64,000 nt of DNA, from contig JAYEMD010000155.1 of NCBI GenBank assembly GCA_034717895.1, forward strand, positions 2,813 to 66,812, in the 5' to 3' direction. The position numbers were made by a program, and so were the translations under genes. This document shows, one piece after another, positions 21,292 to 30,909 of this stretch; within the stretch, counting starts at the first letter, position 1; each line of letters starts with the position of its first letter. Source of the DNA: Campylobacterota bacterium. Lineage in GTDB: Bacteria; Campylobacterota; Campylobacteria; Campylobacterales; Arcobacteraceae. The notes beneath the pieces were generated by a model. That model was not told the origin of the DNA, did no database searches, and worked only from the letters and a program-made list of their open reading frames with translations.

Positions 21292-21299
21292 TATTTTTA

Positions 21300-21632
21300 T
21301 TAATCTTCATCCTTAGTAGATCTTGCATACGGAACAGCTCTTAATCTTTCAATATCGATCTCTTTACCTGTTTTTTCACATACGCCATATGTGTTGCTGT
21401 TAATTTTACCCAAAGCGTGAATTACCTCACTTAGTTCATACTTTTGCTGTTCAAGAAGACTTTTGTGCTGTACATTGTCAGTTATCAAAGATGCAACATC
21501 TTCAATATCGCACCCTCCATCATCTGCGGCGATAACATTCATCTCATCAGATAATTTAGTGATGTTATCCTCAAGTTCACTTTTTTTATTTAAAAGCAAT
21601 GTTTTAAATTCATTGATATCTATATTACTCAT
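21300..21632 (-). CDS. DksA/TraR-family protein with degenerate zinc finger
   Basis: Start moved to the ATG at 21632 (AAGGAG RBS). Coiled coil carrying a DxxDxA tip motif (DIEDVA). The C-terminal YGVCEKTGKEIDIERLRAVPYARS retains only one Cys of the usual CxxC...CxxC. Confidence 0.7.
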   Translation of the reverse strand: MSNIDINEFKTLLLNKKSELEDNITKLSDEMNVIAADDGGCDIEDVASLITDNVQHKSLLEQQKYELSEVIHALGKINSNTYGVCEKTGKEIDIERLRAVPYARSTKDED

Positions 21633-21715
21633 AATCACTCCTTTAAGGGATATATTAAAATAATATAATTTTAATTGTAAAAAGAACATTAAAATAGATT
21701 TGTTTTATTTAGAAA

Positions 21716-21922
21716 TTATTTAGGGTTGCATGAACCGGTGTAGTCGGTGTTTTTTATTCTTTCTAAATAAACCAGCGTATGTTCAAGAACTTTTTTCTCT
21801 TCAACAAGGGGTTGCATTTTGGTGTTTTTCTCAGTTAAAGATAGCTTTTGATTTTCAACTAAACCCATAACATCACTTTGAATCTCCTCTAATCTTTCAT
21901 TTATGATATTAATTATTTTCAC
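21716..21922 (-). CDS. Hypothetical small coiled-coil protein (68 aa)
   Basis: ORF only. Same strand as the DksA-like gene and upstream of it. No recognisable motif. Confidence 0.35.
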   Translation of the reverse strand: MKIINIINERLEEIQSDVMGLVENQKLSLTEKNTKMQPLVEEKKVLEHTLVYLERIKNTDYTGSCNPK

Positions 21923-21944
21923 TTTTATACCTTTTATATTTTTT

Positions 21945-21953
21945 TGCTATAAT
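21945..21953 (+). promoter_or_regulatory. Extended -10 promoter element for rplI-hslVU
   Basis: TGcTATAAT lies 31 nt upstream of the rplI ATG (21984). Confidence 0.5.
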
Positions 21954-21983
21954 ATCAATTCAAAATTAAATAGGGATGAAAAT

Positions 21984-22433
21984 ATGAAAGTACTATTAAT
22001 AAAAGACGTAAAATCATTAGGTAAAACCGGAGAAGTAAAAGAGGTAAAAGATGGTTATGGAAAAAACTTTTTAATTGGAAAGGGTTTTGCAAAACATGCT
22101 ACTCCTGAAGTACTTGAACAATGGGAAGCTGAACAGATAAAAATAAAAGAAGCACTAGCAGAAGATATAAAAGAAGCTAAGAGTATAAAAGAGAAACTTG
22201 AAAGTTCAAAATTCACTATTAAACATAAAGTTGGTGCAAACGGACATCTGATTGGAAGTGTTACCAATAAAGAGATTGCACTTGCTTTGTATGATCAAGC
22301 AGATATCGCAATTGATAAAAAACAGATCACATTAAAAACAAAAATAAAAGATATAGGTATCTATGAAGTAGACTGTAAACTTGGTAACGGTATACATGCA
22401 GATGCTAAAATCGATGTAATAGCAGAGGTGTAG
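21984..22433 (+). CDS. rplI: 50S ribosomal protein L9
   Basis: Start moved to the internal [34 protein letters not shown] is the canonical L9 N-terminus. The listed 5' extension is hydrophobic junk that overlaps the promoter. Confidence 0.93.
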   Translation: MKVLLIKDVKSLGKTGEVKEVKDGYGKNFLIGKGFAKHATPEVLEQWEAEQIKIKEALAEDIKEAKSIKEKLESSKFTIKHKVGANGHLIGSVTNKEIALALYDQADIAIDKKQITLKTKIKDIGIYEVDCKLGNGIHADAKIDVIAEV

Positions 22434-22435
22434 AT

Positions 22436-22984
22436 ATGTTTGATGCAACAACGATACTTGCATATAAAAGTGAAAACGGTAAAGCGGTTATTGGCGGTGA
22501 CGGTCAAGTAACATTCGGGGATACTGTTCTAAAAAATAATGCAACAAAAATAAGAACACTTTACAACGGAAAAGTATTAGCAGGGTTTGCAGGTAGTACA
22601 GCAGATGCTTTTAACTTGTTTGATATGTTTGAAGAGCACCTTGAGAACTCAAAAGGGGATCTTTTAAAAGCTGTTGTGAATTTTTCTAAAGCTTGGAGAA
22701 AAGATAAAATGCTTCGAAGACTTGAAGCGATGATGCTTGTATTAAATGAAAAACATATATTTATTTTAAGCGGTACGGGGGATGTAGTAGAACCTGAAGA
22801 CGGTAGCTTAGCTTCAATAGGAAGCGGCGGTAATTTTGCAATAGCTGCTGCTAGAAGTTTAAAAAGACACTCAAATCTTGAACCAAAAGAGTTAGTGAAA
22901 GAGTCACTAATGGTAGCAGGCGAATTATGTATATACACAAATCAAAATATTAAATTATTAACATTAGACGAGGATGATAGATAA
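22436..22984 (+). CDS. hslV: ATP-dependent protease subunit HslV
   Basis: N-terminal active-site Thr region TTILAY, and GSGGNFA. Confidence 0.95.
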   Translation: MFDATTILAYKSENGKAVIGGDGQVTFGDTVLKNNATKIRTLYNGKVLAGFAGSTADAFNLFDMFEEHLENSKGDLLKAVVNFSKAWRKDKMLRRLEAMMLVLNEKHIFILSGTGDVVEPEDGSLASIGSGGNFAIAAARSLKRHSNLEPKELVKESLMVAGELCIYTNQNIKLLTLDEDDR

Positions 22985-24312
22985 TGGATATGACTCCAAA
23001 ACAAATAGTAGAATTTTTAGATGATTATATAATAGGGCAGAATGATGCTAAAAAAACTATTGCATTAGCACTAAGAAACAGATACAGACGTATGCAGCTA
23101 AAGAGTGATCTGCAAGAGGAAGTTATGCCTAAAAATATTCTGATGATAGGTAGTACGGGTGTAGGTAAAACAGAGATCGCTAGAAGAATGGCAAAGATGA
23201 TGGGACTTCCTTTTGTTAAAGTTGAAGCTAGTAAATATACTGAAGTGGGTTTTGTAGGACGTGATGTGGAGTCAATGATCAGGGACTTGGCATACGAATC
23301 AATTAATTTAGTAACAAAAGAGTATGAAGAGAAGATCCAGGATTCAATCGATGCAGAAGTTATAAAGCAGATTGTAGAGATTTTAGTTCCGACACTTCCT
23401 GAGACTGCCAGTGAAAATGCAAAAGATTCTTTTATAAAAACATATAATAAGATGGAAGCAAAAGTTTTAGACGGTTCTATCGATGATAAAAAAATTACAA
23501 TCGAGTTACCTAAAAAAACACATGTAGAGATAGTTGATAGTAATATCCCTATGGATATGAGCGCTGTTAGTGAAAGTATAAATAACATGCTTGGTAAAAT
23601 GGGTAAAGAGAAGATTGAAAAAGAGGTTACTATCAAAGATGCCAAAAAGCTTTTAAGATCAAGTGCAAGTGAAAATCTTTTAGATAAAGAATCTTTACAG
23701 CAAGAAGCTGTAAAAAGATGTGAGAACGGCGGTATAATCTTTTTAGATGAGATTGATAAAATTGCAACAGGAAATAACAATAAAAATCAGGATCCTAGTA
23801 AAGAGGGGGTTCAGCGAGATCTATTACCGATAGTTGAAGGATCAAACGTACACACAAAATACGGACAGATAAAAACCGACCATATATTATTTATAGCTGC
23901 AGGTGCATTCCATGTAAGCAAACCAAGTGATCTTTTACCTGAACTTCAAGGAAGATTTCCTTTAAGAGTTGAGCTTAATCCTTTAGATGAAGAGGCATTA
24001 TATAAGATCCTTACAAATACAAAAAATTCACTTCTTAGACAATATAAAGCACTTTTAGATGTTGAAGGGGTAAACTTGGAATTTGATGATGAAGCAATTA
24101 GAGCTTTTGCAAATTTAAGTGTAAGTGCAAATGAAAAAGCTGAAGATATAGGTGCTAGAAGATTACATACGGTTATAGAGAAGGTTTTAGAGGATATCAG
24201 TTTCAATGCAGATGAGAATAGCGGAGAAACAATTATAGTAACTAAAGAGCTTGTTCATGAAAAATTAGAGAACATAGCACAAAACGAAGATACGGCAAGA
24301 TACATTTTATAA
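22984..24312 (+). CDS. hslU: ATP-dependent protease ATPase subunit HslU
   Basis: TPKQIVEFLDDYIIGQ, Walker A GSTGVGKTEIARR, Walker B IIFLDEIDK. TAATG overlap with hslV. Confidence 0.95.
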   Translation: MDMTPKQIVEFLDDYIIGQNDAKKTIALALRNRYRRMQLKSDLQEEVMPKNILMIGSTGVGKTEIARRMAKMMGLPFVKVEASKYTEVGFVGRDVESMIRDLAYESINLVTKEYEEKIQDSIDAEVIKQIVEILVPTLPETASENAKDSFIKTYNKMEAKVLDGSIDDKKITIELPKKTHVEIVDSNIPMDMSAVSESINNMLGKMGKEKIEKEVTIKDAKKLLRSSASENLLDKESLQQEAVKRCENGGIIFLDEIDKIATGNNNKNQDPSKEGVQRDLLPIVEGSNVHTKYGQIKTDHILFIAAGAFHVSKPSDLLPELQGRFPLRVELNPLDEEALYKILTNTKNSLLRQYKALLDVEGVNLEFDDEAIRAFANLSVSANEKAEDIGARRLHTVIEKVLEDISFNADENSGETIIVTKELVHEKLENIAQNEDTARYIL

Positions 24313-24364
24313 ACACATAAGATTGTATTTGTTAAAATGTATTAGAAAATAATTGGAGATAGAG

Positions 24365-24658
24365 ATGAAGATTACAAGTTTAGATGATGTAGAAGCTCCT
24401 GGCTACGATATATGTTTTTACCATAGTGGATGTGATGCGGATGCAGATGTTATTATTTTAGATATTAATACCATTTTTGACTATGAGGAGAAGAAACATG
24501 ATGCTTGTAAGGATAAGTTCACTTCTATTGCAATAATAGATGATCCAAGTGATTATGATGCTTTTAAAAATTTTGGTATAACAGCTTGGATAAAAAGAGA
24601 CAATATAGATAAATTACCTGAGTTGTTGGGTGAAGTTAAGAGAAGGATGTCTTTATAG
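24365..24658 (+). CDS. Hypothetical small acidic protein (possible truncated receiver-like fold)
   Basis: The ATG at 24365 is preferred (GGAG 6 nt upstream) over the listed TTG at 24353. VIILDINT and SIAIIDD...GITAWIKRD faintly resemble REC beta3-beta5. Confidence 0.45.
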   Translation: MKITSLDDVEAPGYDICFYHSGCDADADVIILDINTIFDYEEKKHDACKDKFTSIAIIDDPSDYDAFKNFGITAWIKRDNIDKLPELLGEVKRRMSL

Positions 24659-24661
24659 TAT

Positions 24662-25453
24662 ATGGCTATAATAGATACACATATACATCTTGATAACGAG
24701 GCTTACGCTTCAGATGTAGATAAAGTTATAAATGATGCACTTAGTGAAGGGATCAAGGCTTTCTTGATACCCGGTGCAGATCCAAAAGACCTTCCTAAAG
24801 CACTAGAACTTTCCCAAAAATATGATGAGGTGTTTTTTGCAGCGGGTGTTCACCCTTATGATTGTGAAAATTTTGATTTAGAACTTCTTGAAAAATATGC
24901 AGCTTCTCCAAAATGTATAGCAATAGGTGAATGTGGTCTTGATTATTACAGACTGCCTAAAGATAAAGATGAAAAACTTCAGAATAAAGAACTTCAAAAA
25001 AACGTATTTAAAGCACAGATAGAGCTGGCAATAAAATTGGAAAAACCTTTAATAGTACATATACGAGATGCTTCAAATGACAGTAAAAATATCTTGATTG
25101 ACAATGAAGCATCTAAGGTAGGCGGTGTACTTCACTGCTATAACGCAAGTGAACATCTTCTTGATCTATCTGATAAAAATTTTTATTTTGGTATAGGTGG
25201 CGTGGTTACATTCAAAAATGCAAAAAAACTAGTAGAGATACTCCCTAAAATACCTAAGGAAAAATTATTACTAGAAACAGATGGACCCTATCTCACCCCG
25301 CACCCCTTTAGAGGTAGTAGAAATGAACCTAAATATACAAAACTGGTAGCCTCTAAAATAGCAGAGATTTTAGATATCCCTCAAGAAGAGTTAGAACAGC
25401 TTACTACAAATAATGCCAAAAAATTATTTAAAGAGTTTGAAAATATAGTTTAG
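24662..25453 (+). CDS. tatD: TatD-family metal-dependent DNase/hydrolase
   Basis: IDTHIHLD, GECGLDY, HCY, and ETDGPYL motifs. Confidence 0.9.
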   Translation: MAIIDTHIHLDNEAYASDVDKVINDALSEGIKAFLIPGADPKDLPKALELSQKYDEVFFAAGVHPYDCENFDLELLEKYAASPKCIAIGECGLDYYRLPKDKDEKLQNKELQKNVFKAQIELAIKLEKPLIVHIRDASNDSKNILIDNEASKVGGVLHCYNASEHLLDLSDKNFYFGIGGVVTFKNAKKLVEILPKIPKEKLLLETDGPYLTPHPFRGSRNEPKYTKLVASKIAEILDIPQEELEQLTTNNAKKLFKEFENIV

Positions 25454-25489
25454 ATATAATATAACCTTAAATATTAAGGGGAGTTAGTA

Positions 25490-26875
25490 TTGAAACTATT
25501 TTTTAAACTTATCTTTTTAACATCAATCTTATCAGTTTGGGTTAATGCTTCTTTGATAAATACGGCATTTGTAGACAAAGATATAAAGATTCTTGAAGAA
25601 CTGGATATTAAATCAAGCTATATTACTGATTATAAATTACAAAAAGAGCTGCAAAAAAGATTAAAATTAAATAAAAACAGATACACTGAAAAACTAAACA
25701 ATGCTTATCTTTTTATACCAAAAATAAAAAAGATACTAAAAGAAAATGAGATACCGTCAGCATTTTTATATTTGGTGATGGCAGAGTCAAATTTCAAACT
25801 TAGTGCATCTTCAAATAAAAGTGCCAAGGGACTATGGCAGTTTATCCCAAATACGGCAAAACACTATGGACTTGAAACAAATAAATATATAGATGAACGT
25901 ATGGATATCGTAAAGTCGACGGAAGCTGCAGTAAAGTATCTAAAGAGATTACACGGCTTATTTGACAAATGGTTTATCGCGGCAATCGCTTACAACTGTG
26001 GTGAGGGAAGAGTTATCGAAGGGATAACAAGAGCCAGCATAGATATGTATTGTGAAGATGTTGGTTATAAAGAGTGTAGAAAAGATAAAAAGATACTAGA
26101 TTTTAGAAGAGTTATAAGACAATATCAAAAAAAACAAGTAAGATACAGCAGGCTGGACAGAGTGTATAAAGAGGTAAAAAAGTGGGGCTACAAACCTGAT
26201 ATAGAGCAGCTTTTGGTTTTTCAAAAAGGTTTAAAAAGACAGTATCTTCCAAAAGAGAGTAGAAATTATATTAGAAAAATAATATCTCTGGCTTTTATGA
26301 ATAACAGCGATTTTTTAATAAAAGATGAGAACACACATCTTCTAAACAGAGGAATAAGCGACCCTATAGCTTCAGTTGAAGTAAGCGGCGGTGTTACCTT
26401 ATTAAAAGTTTCAGAAGTGATTGGTTTGGAAAAAAACAAATTAAAGAAACTAAATCTTCATATCAAACAAAATGTTATACCCACTTCGGAAAAAATGTAT
26501 ACCTTGTATATACCATATTCAAAGCTTACAAGGTTTAACAGATATAAAAGCAATCTAAAAGCAGTACCTTTTGAAGAGTATATTGTAAAAAATGGAGACA
26601 GCTTAGGAAAGATTGCAAATAAATTTGAAATTGATTATAAATCTATAAAGAGTTACAACAATTTAAAATCAAATACAATCAGAGTCAGCCAAAAACTCTT
26701 AATACCGGTTAATCCAAAACTATACCAAAGATCATTAGATTATATTGTAAAAACGGGTGATACACTTGGTCGTATAGCATCAAATCATAAGATAAAGGTT
26801 GATAAACTTATGAAAGACAACAATCTAAAAACGAGCATGATAAGAGTAGGAGATAAACTTGTTATTAAAAATTAA
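25490..26875 (+). CDS. Membrane-bound lytic murein transglycosylase (MltD-like): SLT domain + 2 LysM
   Basis: TTG start and signal peptide. SLT catalytic region VMAESNFKLSASSNKSAKGLWQF...AYNCGEG. Two C-terminal LysM repeats (YIVKNGDSLGKIANKF, YIVKTGDTLGRIASNH). Confidence 0.8.
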   Translation: MKLFFKLIFLTSILSVWVNASLINTAFVDKDIKILEELDIKSSYITDYKLQKELQKRLKLNKNRYTEKLNNAYLFIPKIKKILKENEIPSAFLYLVMAESNFKLSASSNKSAKGLWQFIPNTAKHYGLETNKYIDERMDIVKSTEAAVKYLKRLHGLFDKWFIAAIAYNCGEGRVIEGITRASIDMYCEDVGYKECRKDKKILDFRRVIRQYQKKQVRYSRLDRVYKEVKKWGYKPDIEQLLVFQKGLKRQYLPKESRNYIRKIISLAFMNNSDFLIKDENTHLLNRGISDPIASVEVSGGVTLLKVSEVIGLEKNKLKKLNLHIKQNVIPTSEKMYTLYIPYSKLTRFNRYKSNLKAVPFEEYIVKNGDSLGKIANKFEIDYKSIKSYNNLKSNTIRVSQKLLIPVNPKLYQRSLDYIVKTGDTLGRIASNHKIKVDKLMKDNNLKTSMIRVGDKLVIKN

Positions 26876-27707
26876 ACAAATATCAATTTTTGTTTTAGTT
26901 ATAACTGTATTTTCAGGATGTGGCGGTAGTTATTTTGACAGAGGTTATTACTATACCCCTTCTTATGGAAACGGTTATGTTGATAAAAAATCCAATTATG
27001 TTCCAAAGAAAACAAATATACCAAATAAAGTTGGAACAAATATGAGAAACTCCAAGGCGATGCACAGGGCAACCATGAGACCTTATATAGTTTTTGGAAA
27101 AAAATATCATCCTACGGTCGCACATGTATATGATAAATTTACAGGTGTTGCTTCTTGGTATGGTCCGGATTTTCATGCTAAAAAAACGAGCAACGGTGAA
27201 GTTTACAATATGTATGCCATGACAGCAGCCCATAAAACACTCCCAATGAATACAATGGTAAGGGTAGATAACCTTGAAAATGGGCTTTCTACGGTTGTAA
27301 GGGTGAATGACAGAGGACCTTTTGTAAAACAAAGGATCATAGATCTTTCAAATGCAGCAGCGCATAAAATAGATATGGTAAAAAAAGGTACAGCGAAAGT
27401 ACGTTTGACCGTACTTGGTTTTCAGGGTAAGATAGCAACAACTTTTGAAGAGAAACAAGAAGTTTCAAGTGTGGGAAATTATTATATACAAGTTGGCGTA
27501 TTTAGAAAAACTGCTGGTGCACGATCTACAAAAAGAAAGTTTGATATGATTTTGGACTCAGACAAGTATAAAGTTGTATTAAAAGACGGAATACTAAAAG
27601 GCAATAAGATCAAACGGGTTTGGATAAGCGGTTTTAGAAGTGAAGAGGAAGCAAAAGATTTTAAAGAGATGAATAATCTACAAGGATCTATGCTAATAGC
27701 ACAATAG
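26859..27707 (+). CDS. rlpA: Septal-ring lytic transglycosylase RlpA (DPBB + SPOR)
   Basis: Lipobox VFSGC. DPBB region GVASWYGPDFHAKKTSNGEVY...VRVNDRGPF. C-terminal SPOR-like YYIQVGVF. Overlaps the mltD-like gene by 17 nt. Confidence 0.85.
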   Translation: MLLKIKQISIFVLVITVFSGCGGSYFDRGYYYTPSYGNGYVDKKSNYVPKKTNIPNKVGTNMRNSKAMHRATMRPYIVFGKKYHPTVAHVYDKFTGVASWYGPDFHAKKTSNGEVYNMYAMTAAHKTLPMNTMVRVDNLENGLSTVVRVNDRGPFVKQRIIDLSNAAAHKIDMVKKGTAKVRLTVLGFQGKIATTFEEKQEVSSVGNYYIQVGVFRKTAGARSTKRKFDMILDSDKYKVVLKDGILKGNKIKRVWISGFRSEEEAKDFKEMNNLQGSMLIAQ

Positions 27708-27737
27708 AATAAAAGTTAAAAACTAAAAGGCGGGAAA

Positions 27738-28310
27738 ATGGAACAACTAAACAGAGAAACGAAAGAGACTCAAATAAGATGTAGTTTAGATATGAACGGT
27801 TGTGGAAACTATAGTATAGATACCGGGATAGGATTTTTTGATCATATGCTTGAAGCTCTAAGCAAACACAGCGGTATAGATATAAACTTAACTTGTAAAG
27901 GTGACCTTCATGTTGATGACCACCACAGTGTAGAAGATTGCGGTATAGTTTTAGGTCAGCTTCTTAAAAAGTCAATTTTTCCTGTTAAAAACGTAGAAAG
28001 GTACGGTAATGCAACTGTTGTAATGGATGAAGCAGCCGTAAGCTGTGCTATGGACTTAAGCAACAGACCTTTTTTGGTTTATGAATTTGATTTAGAGGGT
28101 AAGGTGGGTAACTTTGATGTTGAGTTAGTGGAGGAGTTTTTCCATGCATTGGTTTTAAACAGCGGTATTACCTGTCACTTGATCTTTGAGCGAGGAAGAA
28201 ACAAACACCATATAGTTGAAGCTGCCTTTAAAGCTTTTGCTGTGGCAGTTAGACGAGCAAACACTACAAATGAAAAATTAGGAACTCCTAGTACAAAAGG
28301 TGTATTGTAA
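27738..28310 (+). CDS. hisB: Imidazoleglycerol-phosphate dehydratase
   Basis: GIGFFDHMLE, DDHHSVED, and HHIVEAAFKAFA motifs. Confidence 0.93.
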   Translation: MEQLNRETKETQIRCSLDMNGCGNYSIDTGIGFFDHMLEALSKHSGIDINLTCKGDLHVDDHHSVEDCGIVLGQLLKKSIFPVKNVERYGNATVVMDEAAVSCAMDLSNRPFLVYEFDLEGKVGNFDVELVEEFFHALVLNSGITCHLIFERGRNKHHIVEAAFKAFAVAVRRANTTNEKLGTPSTKGVL

Positions 28311-28311
28311 G

Positions 28312-28809
28312 ATGATCGAGCTAATAGTACTTGATGTTGACGGTACACTAACTGACGGTAAGATCATCTATACAAGTAAGGGTGATGAGATTAAACACTT
28401 TGATGTGAAAGATGGTTTGGCTATCTCCTCGTGGACGAAAAAATTTGGAAAAAAAGCTGCAATAATTACAGGAAGAAAATCTGAACTAGTTAGAAAAAGA
28501 GCAAACGAACTCGGTATTACGCATCTATACCAAGGTGTTGATAATAAAGATGAAGTCTTAGAAGATATACTAAAAAAAGAAAATCTAATATGGGATCAGG
28601 TAGCCTCTATAGGTGATGACCTGAACGACTATAAAATGCTTAGTAAAACAGGTCTCTCTTTTGCCGTGAATGACGCTGTCGAAGATATAAAATCAATGGT
28701 TGACGTGGTTACCGATAAAAAAGGTGGATATGGTGCAGTAAGAGAGATGGTTGAGTATATCCTAAAACATGACAACAGCCCGAAAGAATTAAAAGATCTA
28801 TGGAGATAA
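28312..28809 (+). CDS. kdsC: KDO 8-phosphate phosphatase
   Basis: The ATG at 28312 is preferred. LDVDGTLTDGKI, GDDLNDY. Located upstream of lptC-lptA. Confidence 0.85.
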   Translation: MIELIVLDVDGTLTDGKIIYTSKGDEIKHFDVKDGLAISSWTKKFGKKAAIITGRKSELVRKRANELGITHLYQGVDNKDEVLEDILKKENLIWDQVASIGDDLNDYKMLSKTGLSFAVNDAVEDIKSMVDVVTDKKGGYGAVREMVEYILKHDNSPKELKDLWR

Positions 28810-29342
28810 GTAAGTTTTTATACTTTTTATTGAGTGTATCCGTATTGTTTTTATTTTACAATAAAGATATGGATACAAAACAAAAGGAAAAAGAAGATAA
28901 ACCTTTGGTTGTTTTTGAAGAGTCAATAATGTATAAAATCAATGATAAAACCGTAGATGAGATCATAGAGTCTAAAAAAGCGTATCTGTTTAAAAATAAA
29001 GAAGAGATATTTGACGGGATTATTGTAAAAAAGAATGAAAATGAAAAAAACGGCGAAAAGATAAATACCGTAAGTGCAAATCATATTTTAAAAAATAAAG
29101 ATCAGCTTACTTTAAAAGGTAATGTTAATCTTCAAAGGGATGATAAACTTACGGTAAAAACAGACTATCTTGAGTATAATCTAAAAACAAAAATTGCAAA
29201 AAGCAATACAAAGTTTTCAGCACTACAGGATAATAAAAGTTTTGAGGGTGTAGGTTTTTACGCTAACGGTAAGACAAATTATATAGAAGCGGACAAAATA
29301 CATTTTAAAGTAAAATTGAAGGACACAGATGAAATTAAATAG
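28800..29342 (+). CDS. lptC: LPS export protein LptC-like
   Basis: Single N-terminal TM helix, about 180 aa, positioned between kdsC and lptA. Sequence itself is weakly diagnostic. Confidence 0.6.
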   Translation: MEISKFLYFLLSVSVLFLFYNKDMDTKQKEKEDKPLVVFEESIMYKINDKTVDEIIESKKAYLFKNKEEIFDGIIVKKNENEKNGEKINTVSANHILKNKDQLTLKGNVNLQRDDKLTVKTDYLEYNLKTKIAKSNTKFSALQDNKSFEGVGFYANGKTNYIEADKIHFKVKLKDTDEIK

Positions 29343-29820
29343 TTTTTTCAGTATCTTGATTGTAACGATACTTTTTTCGGCAGCTTTAAATGCCAAAAGT
29401 GGATACCTTGATATTGATGCAGATCATTTTGAATCAAACAAAGAGAAGAACTATATCTATTTTAAAGGGAATGTAACAATGGTAAAAAATGAAGATATCC
29501 TAAAATGTCAGGAGCTTTTTATCACTACAACTACAGAACAAAAAAAACAGATACCAAAAGATTATAAAGCAAGCGGTAATGTTTCTTTTTCCGTACATAC
29601 TAATGATAATATACTAAAAGGGAAGGGCGACACCGTATTTTATTATCCAGATGACCAAAAGTATATAATAATAGGTGATGCTTATCTTGAAGATACAAAA
29701 GAGGGTAAAAAACTAAACGCACATAAAATATATATTGATGAAAAAACTGGACAGACTAAGATAGACGGTCAAAAAGACAAGCCGGTAAAATTCAGAATAA
29801 AACTAGAAGGAGATAAATAG
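29329..29820 (+). CDS. lptA: LPS transport periplasmic protein LptA (OstA-like)
   Basis: Signal peptide, IDADHFESNKEKNYIYFKGNV OstA-like start, and gene context. Confidence 0.7.
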   Translation: MKLNSFFSILIVTILFSAALNAKSGYLDIDADHFESNKEKNYIYFKGNVTMVKNEDILKCQELFITTTTEQKKQIPKDYKASGNVSFSVHTNDNILKGKGDTVFYYPDDQKYIIIGDAYLEDTKEGKKLNAHKIYIDEKTGQTKIDGQKDKPVKFRIKLEGDK

Positions 29821-30437
29821 TGAAAGATTTAAAAATAGTAGAAGCCTCTTTCCTTACATCGGCACAGAGTTTAAATGATTCACCCTCTCCCGATGTAGCA
29901 GAGATAGCATTTTTAGGGAGAAGTAATGTGGGGAAAAGTTCACTTTTGAACTCACTTACAAAAAGAAAGAGTCTTGCAAAATCCTCTTCAACACCGGGGA
30001 AAACACAGCTTATAAATTATTTTGATGTAACATTCAAAGAGTACAATGAAGAAAATGATGTGAAGAACTACTATGCAAGATTTGTAGACCTTCCGGGGTT
30101 TGGATATGCAAAAGTTTCAAAGTCATTGAAAAAAGAGTGGCATAGAAACTTAACAGACTTTTTAGAACAAAGACCGTCTTTGCAGATCTTTGTTCATCTA
30201 ATAGATGCAAGACATCCACAGTTAGAGATAGACAAAAGCGTTGATGATTTTTTGCAGCTTATTAGAAGAGGTGACCAGATCATTATAAATGCTTTTACAA
30301 AAATAGATAAGTTAAAGCAGTCTGATCTAGGAAAGCTAAAGAGTAAATACCCTGATGGTATATTTATCTCAAACTTAAAAAACAAGGGTGTAGAGTCTCT
30401 TGAGAAAAGAATAAGTAACTATATATTCGGAGACTAG
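29820..30437 (+). CDS. engB: Ribosome-biogenesis GTPase EngB/YihA
   Basis: GTG start overlaps the lptA stop by 1 nt. G1 GRSNVGKSSLLN, G3 DLPGFGYA, G4 TKID. Confidence 0.9.
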   Translation: MKDLKIVEASFLTSAQSLNDSPSPDVAEIAFLGRSNVGKSSLLNSLTKRKSLAKSSSTPGKTQLINYFDVTFKEYNEENDVKNYYARFVDLPGFGYAKVSKSLKKEWHRNLTDFLEQRPSLQIFVHLIDARHPQLEIDKSVDDFLQLIRRGDQIIINAFTKIDKLKQSDLGKLKSKYPDGIFISNLKNKGVESLEKRISNYIFGD

Positions 30438-30902
30438 ATGGAAGAGTTAGTTTTATATAAGCCCAATGTATCTGACATAGCCTATATGCAGGAGCTTGTG
30501 GCAGAAGATGTAAAAAACGGTAATATCTTAGAAAGAACCGCAAATGAGATGGCTACAACCATAAGATCGTATGTGGTTGCAAAAGTAGACAATAAGATGG
30601 TAGGATTTGCCGCACTTCATATCCATACCGTAGAACTAGCTGAGATAAGAAGCCTGATTGTTGATAAAGAGTACAGAGGTAGAAAAATAGGTCCAAAACT
30701 TATAGAATATATGATAAAAGAAGCAAAAGAGTTGAATCTAAAAAAGCTTTTGGTTCTTACATATAAAAAACAACTTTTTGAAAGATTTAATTTTAAAGAG
30801 ATACCAAAAGAATCAATTCCAGAAACAAAGATCTGGGCTGATTGTATTAAGTGTAAACATTTTCCTGTGTGTGATGAAGTTTCATTGACTTTGGATATAT
30901 AA
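30438..30902 (+). CDS. GNAT-family N-acetyltransferase (short ArgA-like)
   Basis: GNAT motif A IRSLIVDKEYRGRKIGPKLIE. 154 aa. Confidence 0.75.
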   Translation: MEELVLYKPNVSDIAYMQELVAEDVKNGNILERTANEMATTIRSYVVAKVDNKMVGFAALHIHTVELAEIRSLIVDKEYRGRKIGPKLIEYMIKEAKELNLKKLLVLTYKKQLFERFNFKEIPKESIPETKIWADCIKCKHFPVCDEVSLTLDI

Positions 30903-30909
30903 ATTAAAT

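Noticed and set aside
23025-23780. A 251-aa ORF on the minus strand, the longest unexplained ORF in the track
   Set aside because: It lies entirely antisense to the strongly conserved hslU. It is low-complexity (Ser/Leu/Ile/Phe-rich) and has no RBS. This is a typical shadow ORF of an AT-rich gene with few antisense stop codons.
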